64,000 nt of DNA from positions 2,456,203 through 2,520,202 of the forward strand of contig JBJBEO010000001.1 in the NCBI GenBank assembly GCA_047284725.1, given 5' to 3'. The notes under the pieces are model-generated. The model made no database searches. It saw only the letters and a program-made list of their open reading frames with translations, and was not told the DNA's origin. Numbering within the stretch: the first letter of the stretch is position 1; every line of letters starts with the position of its first letter. This stretch comes from Synechococcus sp. (GTDB lineage Bacteria > Cyanobacteriota > Cyanobacteriia > PCC-6307 > Cyanobiaceae). Positions 1-11,881 of the stretch are shown here, piece by piece. The position numbers and the translations under genes were made by a program.

Positions 1-2
1 CT

Positions 3-869
3 AAACGCTGGAGCGCTCTGGGCCGCTCCGTGAATCGCAGCCAGGCCCTGCTCACCAACAGCCGCAACACAATCCTCAACGCCATGCCGGCCGCGGAACA
101 AGCTCAGGCGAATTCTCTTCTGGATGCCGTGACGGAGGGAATCAGCGCCATGCAGATCGAGGTGGAAGACCAGGACAAAGCCGAGTTCATTCAGATGCGG
201 CGCAACACGCTGGCCAGGATCGGCGATCTTGAAGCCCTTCTCACCGACGACACAATCCCTGCCATCCCCGTTGAATTCGACGCCCTGCCAAGACTGGAAG
301 GACGCGCCACCGTCGCGATCAGCACGACTCAAGGCGATCTCACCGCCGTGGTGGATGGCTACAACGCACCACTGACGGCCGGTGCGTTCATCGATCTGAG
401 CCTGAAGGGTTTCTACGACGGACTGCCATTCATTCGCGCCGAAGATTTCTACATCCTCCAGACCGGCGATCCTGAAGGCCCGGACATCGGTTACATCGAC
501 CCCCGAACGAAACAGGAGCGCCATGTGCCCCTGGAGATCCGTGTACCCGGCGAAGAGGAGACCTTCTACAACCAGACCTTCGAAGACGTCGGTCTTTACA
601 AAGCCACTCCCACCCTTCCTTTCGCCACCCTCGGCACCTTGGGATGGGCCCACTCTGACCAGGATCTGGGCGACGGTTCCTCTCAGTTCTTCATGTTTCT
701 CTACGAGGCCGAGCTGACTCCCGCCGGCCTCAACCTTGTGGATGGCCGCAACGCTGCTTTCGGTTATGTCGTGGATGGCTTCGACGTGCTCGAGGAACTT
801 GGCGTCGACGACCGCATCGTGACCATCAAGGTGTTGGAGGGCGGCGATCGCCTCCAAGCTCACGCCTGA
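3..869 (+). CDS. Cyclophilin-type peptidyl-prolyl cis-trans isomerase (thylakoid CYP38/TLP40-like), 5'-truncated by window edge
   Basis: Frame open from base 3; cyclophilin motifs VDGYNAPLTAGAF, FYDGLPF, QTGDP, GSSQFF, FGYVVDG preceded by a helical N-domain. Confidence 0.85.
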   Translation, partial: KRWSALGRSVNRSQALLTNSRNTILNAMPAAEQAQANSLLDAVTEGISAMQIEVEDQDKAEFIQMRRNTLARIGDLEALLTDDTIPAIPVEFDALPRLEGRATVAISTTQGDLTAVVDGYNAPLTAGAFIDLSLKGFYDGLPFIRAEDFYILQTGDPEGPDIGYIDPRTKQERHVPLEIRVPGEEETFYNQTFEDVGLYKATPTLPFATLGTLGWAHSDQDLGDGSSQFFMFLYEAELTPAGLNLVDGRNAAFGYVVDGFDVLEELGVDDRIVTIKVLEGGDRLQAHA

Positions 870-879
870 CGGAGTTGAT

Positions 880-1866
880 GTGACTGACACTCTGCAGTCA
901 CTCGGGGAGGCCGAGCTGCTCAGGAGGCTGGCACGATTCGCGCCAGCAGGACAGCTCGACGATGACACCGCCACCTTGCCGGCAACACCGTCTCCAAACC
1001 TGATCAACACCGACGTGCTGGTGGAGGGTGTTCACTTCAGCGATACCACCACAAGCCCGGAGGATGTGGGCTGGCGGGCAGCGGCGATGAACCTTTCGGA
1101 CCTGGCGGGCAGCGGCTCCGGCACGGTGGTGGGCGTCACGATTGGACTGGTGGCGCCCGGCGACACACCCTGGAGCTGGGTGGAAGGTGTGTATCAGGGT
1201 CTCAGTGCAGCCCTCAATCGCTTCGGGGGCGTGCTCCTGGGTGGCGATTGTTCGGGTGGTCGTCAACGCATTCTGGCAGTCACGGCCATCGGCAGGCTCG
1301 GCCCCCTGCGACTGCTGCGCAACCAGGCCAGACCGGGCGACACAATCGTCGTGAGCGGACCCCATGGACTGAGCCGTCTTGGTCTCGCGCTGCTCAAGAA
1401 AGATCCGGCCATCGAGACGCTGACTCTGCCCCATGAACTTGCGCAAACTGCGATCCAGTGCCATCAGCGTCCTGAACCGCGGCTCGAGGCCCTGCATCAG
1501 CTGATCGGCTGCAAGCCAGAAGGCTTGCCCTGGAGGGCCGGCGGCACAGACAGCAGCGATGGTCTGCAACAGGCCCTAAGGCTGCTCAGTGAGGCCAGCG
1601 ACTGTCGGATCCTTCTCGACCCGACCGCACTCCCGGTGCACGCTCTGTGGCCCAGCGGATCCTTGCCTGCGGACTGGTGCCTGAACGGCGGCGAAGATTT
1701 TGAGCTGGTGCTCAGCCTGCCGGACTCCTGGGCGAGGGCCTTTCTCAACGACGTGCCCGAAAGCCGCTGCATCGGAAACGTGATCAGTGGAAAGCCATCC
1801 GTGTGTTGGCAGAACGGCTCAGAACTCAGCAGCGGTGATGAATTTCAGCATTTCACCGCTCCATAA
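880..1866 (+). CDS. thiL: Thiamine-monophosphate kinase
   Basis: GEAELL start, DDTA, DVLVEGVHF, NLSDLA, GGD, DSSDGL, GGEDFELV motifs. Confidence 0.93.
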   Translation: MTDTLQSLGEAELLRRLARFAPAGQLDDDTATLPATPSPNLINTDVLVEGVHFSDTTTSPEDVGWRAAAMNLSDLAGSGSGTVVGVTIGLVAPGDTPWSWVEGVYQGLSAALNRFGGVLLGGDCSGGRQRILAVTAIGRLGPLRLLRNQARPGDTIVVSGPHGLSRLGLALLKKDPAIETLTLPHELAQTAIQCHQRPEPRLEALHQLIGCKPEGLPWRAGGTDSSDGLQQALRLLSEASDCRILLDPTALPVHALWPSGSLPADWCLNGGEDFELVLSLPDSWARAFLNDVPESRCIGNVISGKPSVCWQNGSELSSGDEFQHFTAP

Positions 1867-1893
1867 AAAACCCCTTCCGGATCACGGAAGGGG
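1865..1893 (-). terminator. Rho-independent terminator of gap2
   Basis: CCCCTTCCG-GATCA-CGGAAGGGG hairpin (1871-1893) with A6 at 1865-1870 (U-tract on minus strand), between convergent thiL and gap2. Confidence 0.85.
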
Positions 1894-1934
1894 GCGATCA
1901 AACCATCAAGCCCTTGCAAAGGGGCTGTGAAGAC

Positions 1935-2960
1935 TCACTTCCAGTTGCTGGCAACAACTTCAGCCAGATCAACCACACGCTGGCTGTAACCCCACTCGTT
2001 GTCGTACCAAGCCACAATCTTGAAGAAGTTGTCACCCATCGAGAGGGTGAGATCAGCATCAAAAATGGTGGACTGATTGGTGCCGGCGTAGTCGCTGGAA
2101 ACGAGAGGAAGATCGCCGTACTTGATGATCTTGTTCATCGGACCATCAGCAGCTGCCCTGATGATCGACTTGATTTCATCGACTGACGAGGCGCGGGAGG
2201 ACTCGAACACCAGGTCAACCGCAGACACATTCGGGGTTGGAACGCGCATGGCGATACCGGTGAATTTGCCCTTCACCGCGGGGTAAACCAGTGCTACGGC
2301 CTGAGCAGCACCCGTGGAGGTGGGAACCATGTTCACGGCGGCGGCGCGGGCGCGACGCAGGTCTCGGTGGTTGTTATCCAGGATGCGCTGGTCACCGGTG
2401 TAGCTGTGAATGGTGGTCATCAGACCCCGATTGATCCCGATCGACTGATCGATCACCTTCACCAGCGGAGCCAGGCAGTTGGTGGTGCAGCTGGCGTTGC
2501 TGAGGATGTCCCAGTCCTCGTGGCGGTACTGATCTTCATTCACGCCCACTACGAAGGTTCCGACCTTCGGACCTTTGCCAGGGGCGGTGAGAATCACCTT
2601 CTTGGCACCGGCCTGGATGTGCATGCTGGCCTTCTCATCAGTGTTGAACACACCGGTGGACTCGAGCACCAGATCAACACCCCACTCTTTCCATGGGCAG
2701 TTGAGGGGGTTGCGGTCGGAGAAGAACTTGACTTCCTTGCCATTGACGATCATCGAGTCGTCAGTGGTCTCAATCTTCACGCTGGGGTCGAGCTTGCCCA
2801 GGATTGAGTCGTAGGTCAGCAGGTGAGCACTCGTCTTGGGATCGGAGGTGGCGTTCACGCCCACGATCTCGATGCCTGTGTCAGCACCACGACTGATCCA
2901 ACCCCGCATCACATTGCGACCGATCCGGCCGAATCCATTGATCGCAACGCGCAGGGTCAT
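1935..2960 (-). CDS. gap2: Glyceraldehyde-3-phosphate dehydrogenase (NAD(P)-dependent, Gap2)
   Basis: INGFGRIGR, catalytic [23 protein letters not shown]-loop of photosynthetic [14 protein letters not shown]. Confidence 0.95.
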   Translation of the reverse strand: MTLRVAINGFGRIGRNVMRGWISRGADTGIEIVGVNATSDPKTSAHLLTYDSILGKLDPSVKIETTDDSMIVNGKEVKFFSDRNPLNCPWKEWGVDLVLESTGVFNTDEKASMHIQAGAKKVILTAPGKGPKVGTFVVGVNEDQYRHEDWDILSNASCTTNCLAPLVKVIDQSIGINRGLMTTIHSYTGDQRILDNNHRDLRRARAAAVNMVPTSTGAAQAVALVYPAVKGKFTGIAMRVPTPNVSAVDLVFESSRASSVDEIKSIIRAAADGPMNKIIKYGDLPLVSSDYAGTNQSTIFDADLTLSMGDNFFKIVAWYDNEWGYSQRVVDLAEVVASNWK

Positions 2961-3178
2961 AACAACAGCGGATCTACCGCAACGGGGTTTGGCCGCAGAT
3001 CATACAGAAATTGGGCTTTACTCTCTTCCCGAAGCGTCAAATCCTCTCCGCAAAGCATCCATGACGCGGGAGACGGATGCCGCCATAGCTCCCAGTCAGG
3101 ATGAACTGATGAAAAGCGTGTCGATGGCACGCTCGCATCCCAGAGCTGACCTATCTTTCAGGCCCACAGTTCAACCCC

Positions 3179-4630
3179 TTGGCCAGTCCGCTCAGCCACC
3201 AGAAACCCATCCACTTCATTGGCATCGGCGGCATCGGCATGTCAGCGCTGGCCAAGATCCTGGCCAAGCGCGGCCATCAGGTTTCAGGCTCTGAGCCGAG
3301 GCCGTCGCCGATCGTTGAGCAATTGAGCCAGTTGGGTATCTCGGTGTTCCCTGAGCAGGTGGCTGCAACGATCGACCAACTCGTGACACGCGACGGTCTT
3401 CTGCCCCAGGTGGTGGTGAGTACAGCCATTCCTGAACACAACCCCGAGCTGGTAGCCGCCAAAGCGCACAATCTCGAGGTGCTGCATCGTTCCGATGTGC
3501 TGGCAGCCCTGATCGACGATCAGCCCGCGATCGCCGTCGCCGGCAGTCACGGCAAAACCACCACCAGCACCGTGATCACCACACTGCTGGAGGCGGTCGG
3601 AGAAGACCCCACAGCCGTGATCGGAGGAGTTGTGCCTTGCTACGGCAGCAATGGCCATGCTGGCAATGGGCGACTGCTGGTGGCCGAAGCCGACGAATCG
3701 GATGGGTCCCTGGTCAAGTTTTCGGCACACCTGGGGGTGATCACCAACCTCGAACTCGACCACACCGATCACTACGCCGGGCTCGACGACCTGATCGCCA
3801 CCCTGCAACGCTTCGGGGCGGGTTGCCAGATGCTGCTCGCCAACCACGACGATCCAATCCTCAGGGAGCACTTTGACGCCAGTGCCTGGTGGTCGGTGAG
3901 CAATCCGGAAGGAGTGACCTATGCCAGTCTGCCGGTGGCCTTGGACGGTGACCGCACCGAAGCTGACTTTTACGAAAACGGTGTTCTGATGGGGCGCATC
4001 TCCCTACCGATGCCGGGCCTGCACAATCTCAGCAATGCCACCGCCGCCATTGCCGCCTGCCGCATAGAAGGTGTGCCCTTCGAGCGTTTGCAGCATGGCC
4101 TGAGCCAACTGCGTCCACCCGGTCGACGCTTCGACTACCGGGGAACCTGGCAGGGCCGTCAGATCGTGGACGACTACGCCCATCACCCCAGTGAAGTGCG
4201 CGCCACACTTGAGATGGCTGAACTGATGGTGACCAGCGGACGCAGCCCTCTGCCCAAAGCCCCCCAGCGCTTGATGGTGGTGTTTCAACCCCATCGCTAC
4301 AGCCGCACGCAGGAATTCCTCGACGACTTCGCCAAAGCTCTGAGCACTGCTCAAACGGTGCTGGTGGCACCGATTTATTCCGCCGGTGAAGCCCCGATCA
4401 GCGGCATCAGCAGCCACACACTGGCAGAAGCCCTGCAACGCCTCGCTCCCGATCGCAATGTGATGGTGGCTGACAGCATGGACCAACTCGCGGCCCTGGT
4501 GCAGGAACACAGCAAACCTGATGATCTGGTGCTCGCGATGGGAGCCGGGGATGTGAACAGTCTTTGGAACCGTCTCTGCCCGCAGGAAGAAACAAAAACG
4601 ACATCCCCAACGTCTTCGCTGGCAGCCTGA
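3179..4630 (+). CDS. murC: UDP-N-acetylmuramate--L-alanine ligase
   Basis: [39 protein letters not shown]. Confidence 0.96.
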   Translation: MASPLSHQKPIHFIGIGGIGMSALAKILAKRGHQVSGSEPRPSPIVEQLSQLGISVFPEQVAATIDQLVTRDGLLPQVVVSTAIPEHNPELVAAKAHNLEVLHRSDVLAALIDDQPAIAVAGSHGKTTTSTVITTLLEAVGEDPTAVIGGVVPCYGSNGHAGNGRLLVAEADESDGSLVKFSAHLGVITNLELDHTDHYAGLDDLIATLQRFGAGCQMLLANHDDPILREHFDASAWWSVSNPEGVTYASLPVALDGDRTEADFYENGVLMGRISLPMPGLHNLSNATAAIAACRIEGVPFERLQHGLSQLRPPGRRFDYRGTWQGRQIVDDYAHHPSEVRATLEMAELMVTSGRSPLPKAPQRLMVVFQPHRYSRTQEFLDDFAKALSTAQTVLVAPIYSAGEAPISGISSHTLAEALQRLAPDRNVMVADSMDQLAALVQEHSKPDDLVLAMGAGDVNSLWNRLCPQEETKTTSPTSSLAA

Positions 4631-5562
4631 TGGCTGATCTCGACCCATCACTGCTCAGACCTCAGGTGTCCCTGGCCGACTACACCACCTGGCGGGTCGG
4701 CGGACCAGCCGAATGGCTCGCAGAACCCACTCAGCTCGATCAACTGAATGATCTGATTGCCTGGGCCCAGCAACACCACCTCCCCTGGCGAGTGATTGGA
4801 GCAGGCTCCAACCTGCTGATCAGTGATGCGGGCCTGCCAGGTCTCACCCTCTGCCTGCGCAAACTCCAAGGCGTCGAGCTCGACCGCAACAACGGAGTGG
4901 TTGAAGCCCTGGCGGGCGAACCGATTCCCACCCTGGCCCGACAGGCCGCACGGGCTGGACTGCTCGGGCTGGAATGGGCCGTGGGAATTCCTGGCACGGT
5001 GGGCGGAGCTGCCGTCATGAATGCCGGAGCCCAGGGGGGCTGCACAGCCGAACGCCTGATCTCGGTGACTGTCATCGACCCGTCAGGAGGGGAGGGAACG
5101 TCCGCAACGGAACGTACGCTCACCAACGCCGAGCTCGACTTTTCCTACAGGCATAGCTGCCTGCAGGACAGCAACCTCATCGTGATCTCCGCTCGCTTCC
5201 AGCTTGAGCCAGGCCATGATCCTGCCGAACTCAGCCGCATCACCAGCGGCAACCTCACCCATCGCACCACCAGCCAGCCGTACCAATGGCCGAGCTGTGG
5301 CAGCGTGTTTCGCAACCCTGAACCTCACAAGGCTGGACAGTTAATCGAAGCTCTGGGTTTGAAGGGCCGTTGCATTGGTGGTGCAGAAGTCTCCCCAGTG
5401 CACGCCAATTTCATCGTCAACACCGGCAAGGCCACCGCCACTGACATCGTCAACCTCATCGCCCTGTTGCAGGACGAAGTACGGCACAGCCATGGCATCA
5501 ACCTGCACCCAGAGGTCAAACGCCTTGGCTTTCCCGTCGAAGGTCTGGCAGAAAACGCTTAA
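4630..5562 (+). CDS. murB: UDP-N-acetylenolpyruvoylglucosamine reductase
   Basis: [39 protein letters not shown] at 4630 overlaps murC stop (TGATG). Confidence 0.95.
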   Translation: MADLDPSLLRPQVSLADYTTWRVGGPAEWLAEPTQLDQLNDLIAWAQQHHLPWRVIGAGSNLLISDAGLPGLTLCLRKLQGVELDRNNGVVEALAGEPIPTLARQAARAGLLGLEWAVGIPGTVGGAAVMNAGAQGGCTAERLISVTVIDPSGGEGTSATERTLTNAELDFSYRHSCLQDSNLIVISARFQLEPGHDPAELSRITSGNLTHRTTSQPYQWPSCGSVFRNPEPHKAGQLIEALGLKGRCIGGAEVSPVHANFIVNTGKATATDIVNLIALLQDEVRHSHGINLHPEVKRLGFPVEGLAENA

Positions 5563-5586
5563 CCTGCCCGTTCTCCTCAAGGCATC

Positions 5587-5928
5587 ATGGCAGGGTTCGG
5601 ACTTCCCAATTTCGGACAACTCACTGAAGCGTTCCGCAAAGCTCAGCAGATTCAGCAGGACGCTCAAAAACTGCAGGAAGAGCTTGATGCCATGGAGATC
5701 GAGGGGAGCAGCGACGACGGCCGCGCCAGCATCTGGCTGTCAGGCAACCAACAGCCCCTGCGGGTCAAACTGGATCCGTCTCTGCTCGCCGAAGGCCAGG
5801 ACGCCTGCGAGGCGGCCACCCTGGCTGCCCTGCAATCGGCCTATGAACGCTCCACCGGCACCATGAAGGAACGCATGCAGGAGCTCACTGGGGGACTCGA
5901 TCTCAACCTCCCCGGCATGGGCGGCTGA
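5587..5928 (+). CDS. YbaB/EbfC family nucleoid-associated protein
   Basis: [15 protein letters not shown]...EG...GNQQP pattern, 113 aa. Confidence 0.9.
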   Translation: MAGFGLPNFGQLTEAFRKAQQIQQDAQKLQEELDAMEIEGSSDDGRASIWLSGNQQPLRVKLDPSLLAEGQDACEAATLAALQSAYERSTGTMKERMQELTGGLDLNLPGMGG

Positions 5929-6802
5929 GCCCCAGGAGCTCCTCTACGGCACGCCGGTAAATCCCGTACCGCTCCCAATCACGGCTGACACCGCAACCGG
6001 GCTCATCGCGGTGAAGGCAATCTCGGAAACGGCAGGGATGGGGATCAAGCTGCCGACGGAGCTCGGGAAACAACACCTCCAGGTTGTACACCTCAGCGGG
6101 GAGATCCGGACGGTTAAATCCCGGAGTGTCAGCTACACGCGCATCGGGCCCAAGGGGGTGGAGCTCCACATGCCGAGTGGTGTGACGTCCCTTCTGTAGG
6201 CGACCAGACACGGCACCCACCCGCAATGACAACTGGGGCAGGAGATGGTTGAGGAGCGAGCTCTTTCCCACGCCAGAGGGGCCACAGAGCACCGAGAGGG
6301 CTTCCCCCTGGAGCAGAGCTCTGAGGGGCTCCATCCCTTCACCAGTCGCTGATGACACGGCCAGCGGGGCATAACCCCAGCCCTCCAGTCGCTGCACCAG
6401 AGCCCGCCGCTCCTCGGAGGGCAGCAGATCACACTTCGTGAGCAACACCCTCACAGCCAGACCGGTCTGCTCGGCAGTGAGCAAAAAACGACTGGCCTGA
6501 TCAGGATCAAACGTGGGCTGCTCCATCGCAAAAGCCACCACAACGGCGGTGACATTGGCCACAGGCGGACGGGAAAGCCAGCTGTGCCTCGGTTCAACAT
6601 CAGCAACCACGGCACGGCCCTGCCGATGATCCATCGCCTCCACCCACACCCGATCCCCCACATGCACGGCCGCTCCGCGGTGGTTGAGACGGGTTCGCCG
6701 CGTGCAGAGGAACCGTTTGGCCTGATGAGGAGGATCCAACTCAACCTCGAGGTAGTTGGCCTGAAGAGCCACCACCATGCCCCTGGCTCGAAGGTCAGCC
6801 AC
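5903..6802 (-). CDS. rsgA: Small ribosomal subunit biogenesis GTPase
   Basis: Circularly permuted GTPase [23 protein letters not shown]-terminal [14 protein letters not shown]n finger. Confidence 0.95.
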   Translation of the reverse strand: MADLRARGMVVALQANYLEVELDPPHQAKRFLCTRRTRLNHRGAAVHVGDRVWVEAMDHRQGRAVVADVEPRHSWLSRPPVANVTAVVVAFAMEQPTFDPDQASRFLLTAEQTGLAVRVLLTKCDLLPSEERRALVQRLEGWGYAPLAVSSATGEGMEPLRALLQGEALSVLCGPSGVGKSSLLNHLLPQLSLRVGAVSGRLQKGRHTTRHVELHPLGPDARVADTPGFNRPDLPAEVYNLEVLFPELRRQLDPHPCRFRDCLHRDEPGCGVSRDWERYGIYRRAVEELLGLSRPCRGG

Positions 6803-7043
6803 CTCCGCAGGTCACCTTCAGGGAAATCCAGGCATCTTCACCCGCCTCAACGCATACCTGATGACCGTCCTGCTCCAAACCGGGCAACACCATGGCTTCC
6901 GGCTCCCCACGATCCAAGAGCACCGTGAGGATCTGCCCAGGTGCCATCGACTCGAGCGTGAGGCGACAGCGAATGAAATTCACCGGACAGGGAGTGCCGC
7001 GAAGATCAAGATGCTGATCAGACGTTGGGGATCTCACCCTCAA
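6795..7043 (-). CDS. TusA/SirA family sulfurtransferase-like protein
   Basis: [11 protein letters not shown] motif, 82 aa, overlaps neighbours in the dnaJ operon. Confidence 0.88.
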   Translation of the reverse strand: MRVRSPTSDQHLDLRGTPCPVNFIRCRLTLESMAPGQILTVLLDRGEPEAMVLPGLEQDGHQVCVEAGEDAWISLKVTCGGG

Positions 7044-8176
7044 CCCTGACCAAACAGACGAGCAAACAATCCACTCTTGTGGTGATGATGCTGCTCGCCG
7101 CGGGCGGAATGATGGCCAGCCAATTGCTCCAGCAAGGTGCGCTCCTCGTCGTTGAGCCGGGTGGGGAGCTGAACAGCCACGTTGATGCGTTGATTGCCGC
7201 GTGCCACAGGATTACCGAGCTTTGGTATGCCCTTGTTCTCCAGAGTGAGAACAGCATTGGGCTGCGTGCCTGCGGGAATCTCCAATGTGGTGGGACCGTC
7301 GACGGTCTCCACCTCAATGGTGTCACCGAGGATCGCCTGCAGATAACTCACCTTCACATCCGAAAGAACGGTGAGACCATCCCTGCGAAGGGTGGGATGG
7401 GATTTAACGGTGAGGAACACGTAAAGGTCGCCGGACGGACCACCCCTGAGGCCAGCATTGCCTTCACCAGCCACGCGGAGTCGCGTGCCTGAATCGACAC
7501 CGGCCGGGATGTTGATGCGCAGCTTCTTGCGCACCTGGTTCACCCCCTGTCCTCCACAGGCTGTACAGGGATCGGCGATCACCTGACCACTTCCATCACA
7601 ACTGGGGCATTCCGCCACCTGAGTGAAGTTACCGAAGGGCGTACGCGTCGCTCGCCGCACCTGGCCCACGCCACCGCAGGTGGAGCACGTGGTGGGACCA
7701 CTGCCTGATTTGGCACCACTGCCGTTGCAGGTGGTGCAGGTCTCCAGATGAGGAATACGAATTTCCCGCTCCTGGCCGAAGACGGCTTGATCAAAATCGA
7801 TCGTCAGATCAAAGCGGAGATCGTCCCCCTGCTGGGGACCTCGACGACGCTGGCGCCCGGCACTGCCTGCGCCTCCTGCACCGCCGAAACCACTGAAGAA
7901 GGTTTCAAAGAGATCAGAAAAGCCGCCCATGTCGCCCATATCGGGCATACCGGCAGCGCCTCCCAAGCCAGCCTCACCGAACTGGTCGTAACGAGCTTTG
8001 GTCTGAGGATCGCTGAGAACCTCATAGGCGCGACCGATTTCCTTGAACCGATCCTCTGCCCCAGGATCCTTGTTGATATCTGGGTGATACTGGCGAGCGA
8101 GGCGCCTGTAGGCGCGTTTAAGCGTGTCAGCATCGGCGTCACGACTGACGCCGAGAAGGTCGTAATAATCGGCCAT
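7040..8176 (-). CDS. dnaJ: Chaperone DnaJ
   Basis: J-domain HPD, G/F-rich linker, four CxxCxGxG repeats. Confidence 0.97.
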   Translation of the reverse strand: MADYYDLLGVSRDADADTLKRAYRRLARQYHPDINKDPGAEDRFKEIGRAYEVLSDPQTKARYDQFGEAGLGGAAGMPDMGDMGGFSDLFETFFSGFGGAGGAGSAGRQRRRGPQQGDDLRFDLTIDFDQAVFGQEREIRIPHLETCTTCNGSGAKSGSGPTTCSTCGGVGQVRRATRTPFGNFTQVAECPSCDGSGQVIADPCTACGGQGVNQVRKKLRINIPAGVDSGTRLRVAGEGNAGLRGGPSGDLYVFLTVKSHPTLRRDGLTVLSDVKVSYLQAILGDTIEVETVDGPTTLEIPAGTQPNAVLTLENKGIPKLGNPVARGNQRINVAVQLPTRLNDEERTLLEQLAGHHSARGEQHHHHKSGLFARLFGQG

Positions 8177-8222
8177 CAGCTCGTCATCGCGTTCAACACC
8201 CTAAGGGCCAACCCGGGGGGGC

Positions 8223-8969
8223 TCAGCCCTCCTCATGGTTGGGTTCTCCCTCCATGGCCTCTGCGGCAATTTCGCCAGGATCAGCGCTGTCGGCTCCCGA
8301 TGGGGCCGCAGCAGCCCCCTGGGGGCCGGGCCCCATCGACACCTTGACCATGGCATGGCGAAGGACCCGGCCGTTGAGGTGATAACCCCGCTGCAGCTCT
8401 TCAATCACCACATCCTCGTGGTGCTCCTCACTGGGTTCGCGCAAAACCGCTTCGTGGAGGGTCGGATCAAACTCCTGACCCTCCACGCGCATCGGCGCAA
8501 CACCAAGTTGCTTGAGCACGTCCACCAGTTGCTTATAGAGACCCTGATAACTGCGGTGTAGAGCCTGGGCTTCTTCACCTTCGGGATTGAGTTGCTGACG
8601 AGCACGCTCGAAGTTATCGACCACCGGCAGGATTTCGCTGAGAGTGCTGCAGGTGAGCTGCAGCTTGAGGTCGTCTTGATCCCGACTCTGACGCTTGCGG
8701 AAATTGTCAAAGTCTGCTGCGATGCGCACGTACTGGCTGCGGAGGGTTTCGTGCTCTTCCCTCAGGCTGCTGTGCTCACGCTCAAGCAGCTCAAGCCTGA
8801 CTTCATTGGCGTTGCCTTCTTCGACGGCATCCTCAGCACCCGACCCCCCTACCGCTTCCACCAGCGTCTCAAGGCTGTCTGCGTCTGCCGCAGCCCCAAG
8901 CCCCTGACTGGAGTCGACAGCGGCGGACTCATGGGCTGAAGAAGCAGAAGAAGAAGGATCGCCGCTCAT
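8223..8969 (-). CDS. grpE: Nucleotide exchange factor GrpE
   Basis: [33 protein letters not shown]; start chosen at ATG 8969. Confidence 0.95.
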   Translation of the reverse strand: MSGDPSSSASSAHESAAVDSSQGLGAAADADSLETLVEAVGGSGAEDAVEEGNANEVRLELLEREHSSLREEHETLRSQYVRIAADFDNFRKRQSRDQDDLKLQLTCSTLSEILPVVDNFERARQQLNPEGEEAQALHRSYQGLYKQLVDVLKQLGVAPMRVEGQEFDPTLHEAVLREPSEEHHEDVVIEELQRGYHLNGRVLRHAMVKVSMGPGPQGAAAAPSGADSADPGEIAAEAMEGEPNHEEG

Positions 8970-9076
8970 GCTGACCAGTTGCAGATTCACACCTATACAT
9001 GTTGATAGGTGAAGTTCACCTCCCACAAGCGGCGGAAGCCCGCACCTCCCCTTCCTGCATCCCCTGCCAAGTGCCC

Positions 9077-10780
9077 GTGAGTCAGCCTCAGCGTTTAGTT
9101 CTGGAACTGCTGTTGCAACAGGCGGTTCCTGACACGACCGATGCAGCCAGGAGAGAGCAACTCGTCAAAACACTGGAGTCGAAGGGGCTGCGACCTGATC
9201 AGCACCCGCGGCTGATCACGGTCCTGACAGCTCTTGAAGAGCAGGAAGCGATCAACCAGGAGTGGAACGACACCGATCAGGAAACGTTCAGCGGCGACAA
9301 CAGCTTCGAGTCCTACGAGGGCGCCGACGTGGGAGATGATGCAGACGAGCCAGACGATCTTGAGTCCCTGCTGTCATCTTTCAACAGCACGGGTGTGCTC
9401 GAAGAAGACCCGGAGGAACAGGAACGCCAGGCCGCGGCCCACGAAGACCTCGAGAAGACGTTCCGCGACACCAACGCCTCACCTGTGGTGAATGTGGTGA
9501 ATCGGATCCTGCTGCAATCCCTGCAGCTGGGGGCCAGCGATATTCACGTGGAACCGCAGCAAAACGGCCTGCGGATTCGCTTCCGCCAAGACGGTGTACT
9601 GCAGAGCTACAGCGAGCCCCTTCCGGCCCGCCTGGTGCCAGCAGTGACATCACGTTTCAAGATCATGGCCGACCTCGACATCGCAGAGCGACGCCAGGCC
9701 CAGGACGGACGCATCCGCCGCCGCTTCCGGGAACGGCTCGTGGATTTCAGGGTGAGCAGCCTGCCAAGCCGCTTCGGCGAAAAAATCGTGCTCAGGCTGC
9801 TCGACAGCTCCTCCACGCAGCTTGGTCTCGACAAATTGATCGGTAGCCCCAAAGCGCTCGAGTTGGTTCGCTCGATGGGTTCCAAACCCTTCGGCATGAT
9901 CCTGGTGACGGGACCAACCGGATCGGGCAAATCCACAACCCTCTATTCCCTTCTGGCAGAACGGAATGACCCCGGCATCAACATCTCCACCGTGGAGGAC
10001 CCGATTGAATACACCCTGCCTGGCATCACCCAGTGCCAGGTGAATCGGGAAAAAGGATTCGACTTCAGCACGGCCCTGAGAGCGTTCATGCGCCAGGACC
10101 CTGATGTGCTGCTGGTGGGGGAAACCCGCGATCTTGAAACCGCCAAAACAGCCATCGAGGCGGCCCTGACCGGTCACCTTGTGCTCACGACGCTGCACTG
10201 CAACGATGCCCCCAGCGCCATCGCCCGTCTCGGGGAGATGGGGGTGGAGCCCTTCATGGTGAGCGCCTCTTTAATCGGCATCGTCTCGCAGCGTCTGCTG
10301 CGACGGGTCTGCACACAATGCCGTGAGAGTTACCAACCCGATGCCGCAGAACTGGGCCGGTTCGGACTGGTTGCCAACAAAGAAACCAACGTGCGTTTCT
10401 ATCGTGCTCACCATGACAGTGGATATGGCGAGCCCTGCCCTCGATGCAGAGGCAGTGGATACAAGGGACGCGTGGGGGTCTACGAAGTGTTGCGCATGAA
10501 TGAAGAATTGGCAGCCGCGGTCGCCGATGGCGCAACCACCGACGTGGTGCGCCGCCTGGCTCTGGAATCCAATATGAAAACCTTGCTCGGCTACAGCCTC
10601 GACCTCGTCCGAGACGGACAGACAACACTGGAGGAAGTGGGACGCATGATTCTGACCGACTCAGGATTGGAATCAGAACGACGGGCCAGGGCGCTGAGCA
10701 CCGTCAATTGTCAACAATGTGGTGGCGGAATGGACGATACCTGGCTGGAATGTCCTTACTGTCTCACCCCCCGTCAGTGA
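9077..10780 (+). CDS. pilB: Type IV pilus assembly ATPase PilB (GspE/PulE family)
   Basis: [41 protein letters not shown], tetracysteine motif, C-terminal CxxC...CPxC; start uncertain (GTG 9071/9077). Confidence 0.93.
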   Translation: MSQPQRLVLELLLQQAVPDTTDAARREQLVKTLESKGLRPDQHPRLITVLTALEEQEAINQEWNDTDQETFSGDNSFESYEGADVGDDADEPDDLESLLSSFNSTGVLEEDPEEQERQAAAHEDLEKTFRDTNASPVVNVVNRILLQSLQLGASDIHVEPQQNGLRIRFRQDGVLQSYSEPLPARLVPAVTSRFKIMADLDIAERRQAQDGRIRRRFRERLVDFRVSSLPSRFGEKIVLRLLDSSSTQLGLDKLIGSPKALELVRSMGSKPFGMILVTGPTGSGKSTTLYSLLAERNDPGINISTVEDPIEYTLPGITQCQVNREKGFDFSTALRAFMRQDPDVLLVGETRDLETAKTAIEAALTGHLVLTTLHCNDAPSAIARLGEMGVEPFMVSASLIGIVSQRLLRRVCTQCRESYQPDAAELGRFGLVANKETNVRFYRAHHDSGYGEPCPRCRGSGYKGRVGVYEVLRMNEELAAAVADGATTDVVRRLALESNMKTLLGYSLDLVRDGQTTLEEVGRMILTDSGLESERRARALSTVNCQQCGGGMDDTWLECPYCLTPRQ

Positions 10781-10790
10781 GGGACCTTCC

Positions 10791-11867
10791 ATGACACTCA
10801 TGATTGAAGACCTGATGGAACAGCTGGTTTCCAAGAACGGGAGCGACCTTCATTTGTCTGCGGGAACTCCTCCGTATGGACGCTTCAGCGGCAATTTGGA
10901 ACCAATGACAGACGAGGCGCTCACGGAGGAAGGATGCAATCGACTGATCTTCTCAATGCTCAACAACAGCCAACGTAAAACGCTGGAACAAACATGGGAA
11001 CTCGATTGTGCGTATGGCCTTAAAGGTATCGCCCGATTTCGCGTGAACGTTTATCGGCAACGAGGTACATATGGAGCATGCTTACGCGCACTTGGCAGCC
11101 ATATTCCAAGCATCACAACACTGAATTTACCGCAGGTCGTTGTGGATACATGCGAAAGACCAAGGGGCTTGGTTCTCGTCACGGGCCCCACCGGATCAGG
11201 GAAAACGACCACCTTGGCAGCCCTTCTTGAACACATCAATCAAACCAGAAATGAGCACATCCTGACAATCGAAGATCCCATCGAATTTACCTACAAAAGC
11301 AATAAAAGCCTTATCCACCAAAGGCAGGTCAACGACGACACACGCAGTTTTTCAAACGCATTGAGAGCTGCGCTTAGAGAAGATCCTGACGTCATCCTCG
11401 TGGGAGAGATGCGTGATCTTGAAACCATTCAGTTAGCCATCACCGCTGCCGAAACAGGCCATCTCGTGTTCGGCACACTTCACACCAGTTCAGCCGCCCA
11501 GACAGTCGATCGGATGGTTGATGTCTTCCCCCCCAGTCAACAGACCCAGATCAGGGTGCAGCTGTCGGGAAGTCTGGTGGCGGTGTTCTCGCAGACACTG
11601 TGCCGTCGCAATAACCCACAGCCCGGTCAGTTCGGACGGGTGATGGCTCAGGAAATTCTGATCAACACTCCAGCAATTGCCAACCTGATCCGAGAAGGAA
11701 AAACGGCACAGCTTTACTCTCAATTGCAAACCGGAGGTGATCTCGGGATGCAGACCCTGGAACGTGCCTTAGCCGACTTACTGCAGGAAGGAGCGATCAG
11801 CTCATCAGAAGCAATGGCCAAGGCCGGGAAACCGGGCGAACTCGAACGACTTCTTGTTGAAAACTGA
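10791..11867 (+). CDS. pilT: Twitching motility retraction ATPase PilT
   Basis: SDLHL, GPTGSGKTTT, EDPIEF, LREDPD, AIANLIRE motif. Confidence 0.95.
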   Translation: MTLMIEDLMEQLVSKNGSDLHLSAGTPPYGRFSGNLEPMTDEALTEEGCNRLIFSMLNNSQRKTLEQTWELDCAYGLKGIARFRVNVYRQRGTYGACLRALGSHIPSITTLNLPQVVVDTCERPRGLVLVTGPTGSGKTTTLAALLEHINQTRNEHILTIEDPIEFTYKSNKSLIHQRQVNDDTRSFSNALRAALREDPDVILVGEMRDLETIQLAITAAETGHLVFGTLHTSSAAQTVDRMVDVFPPSQQTQIRVQLSGSLVAVFSQTLCRRNNPQPGQFGRVMAQEILINTPAIANLIREGKTAQLYSQLQTGGDLGMQTLERALADLLQEGAISSSEAMAKAGKPGELERLLVEN

Positions 11868-11881
11868 GGGAGAGTAACAAT

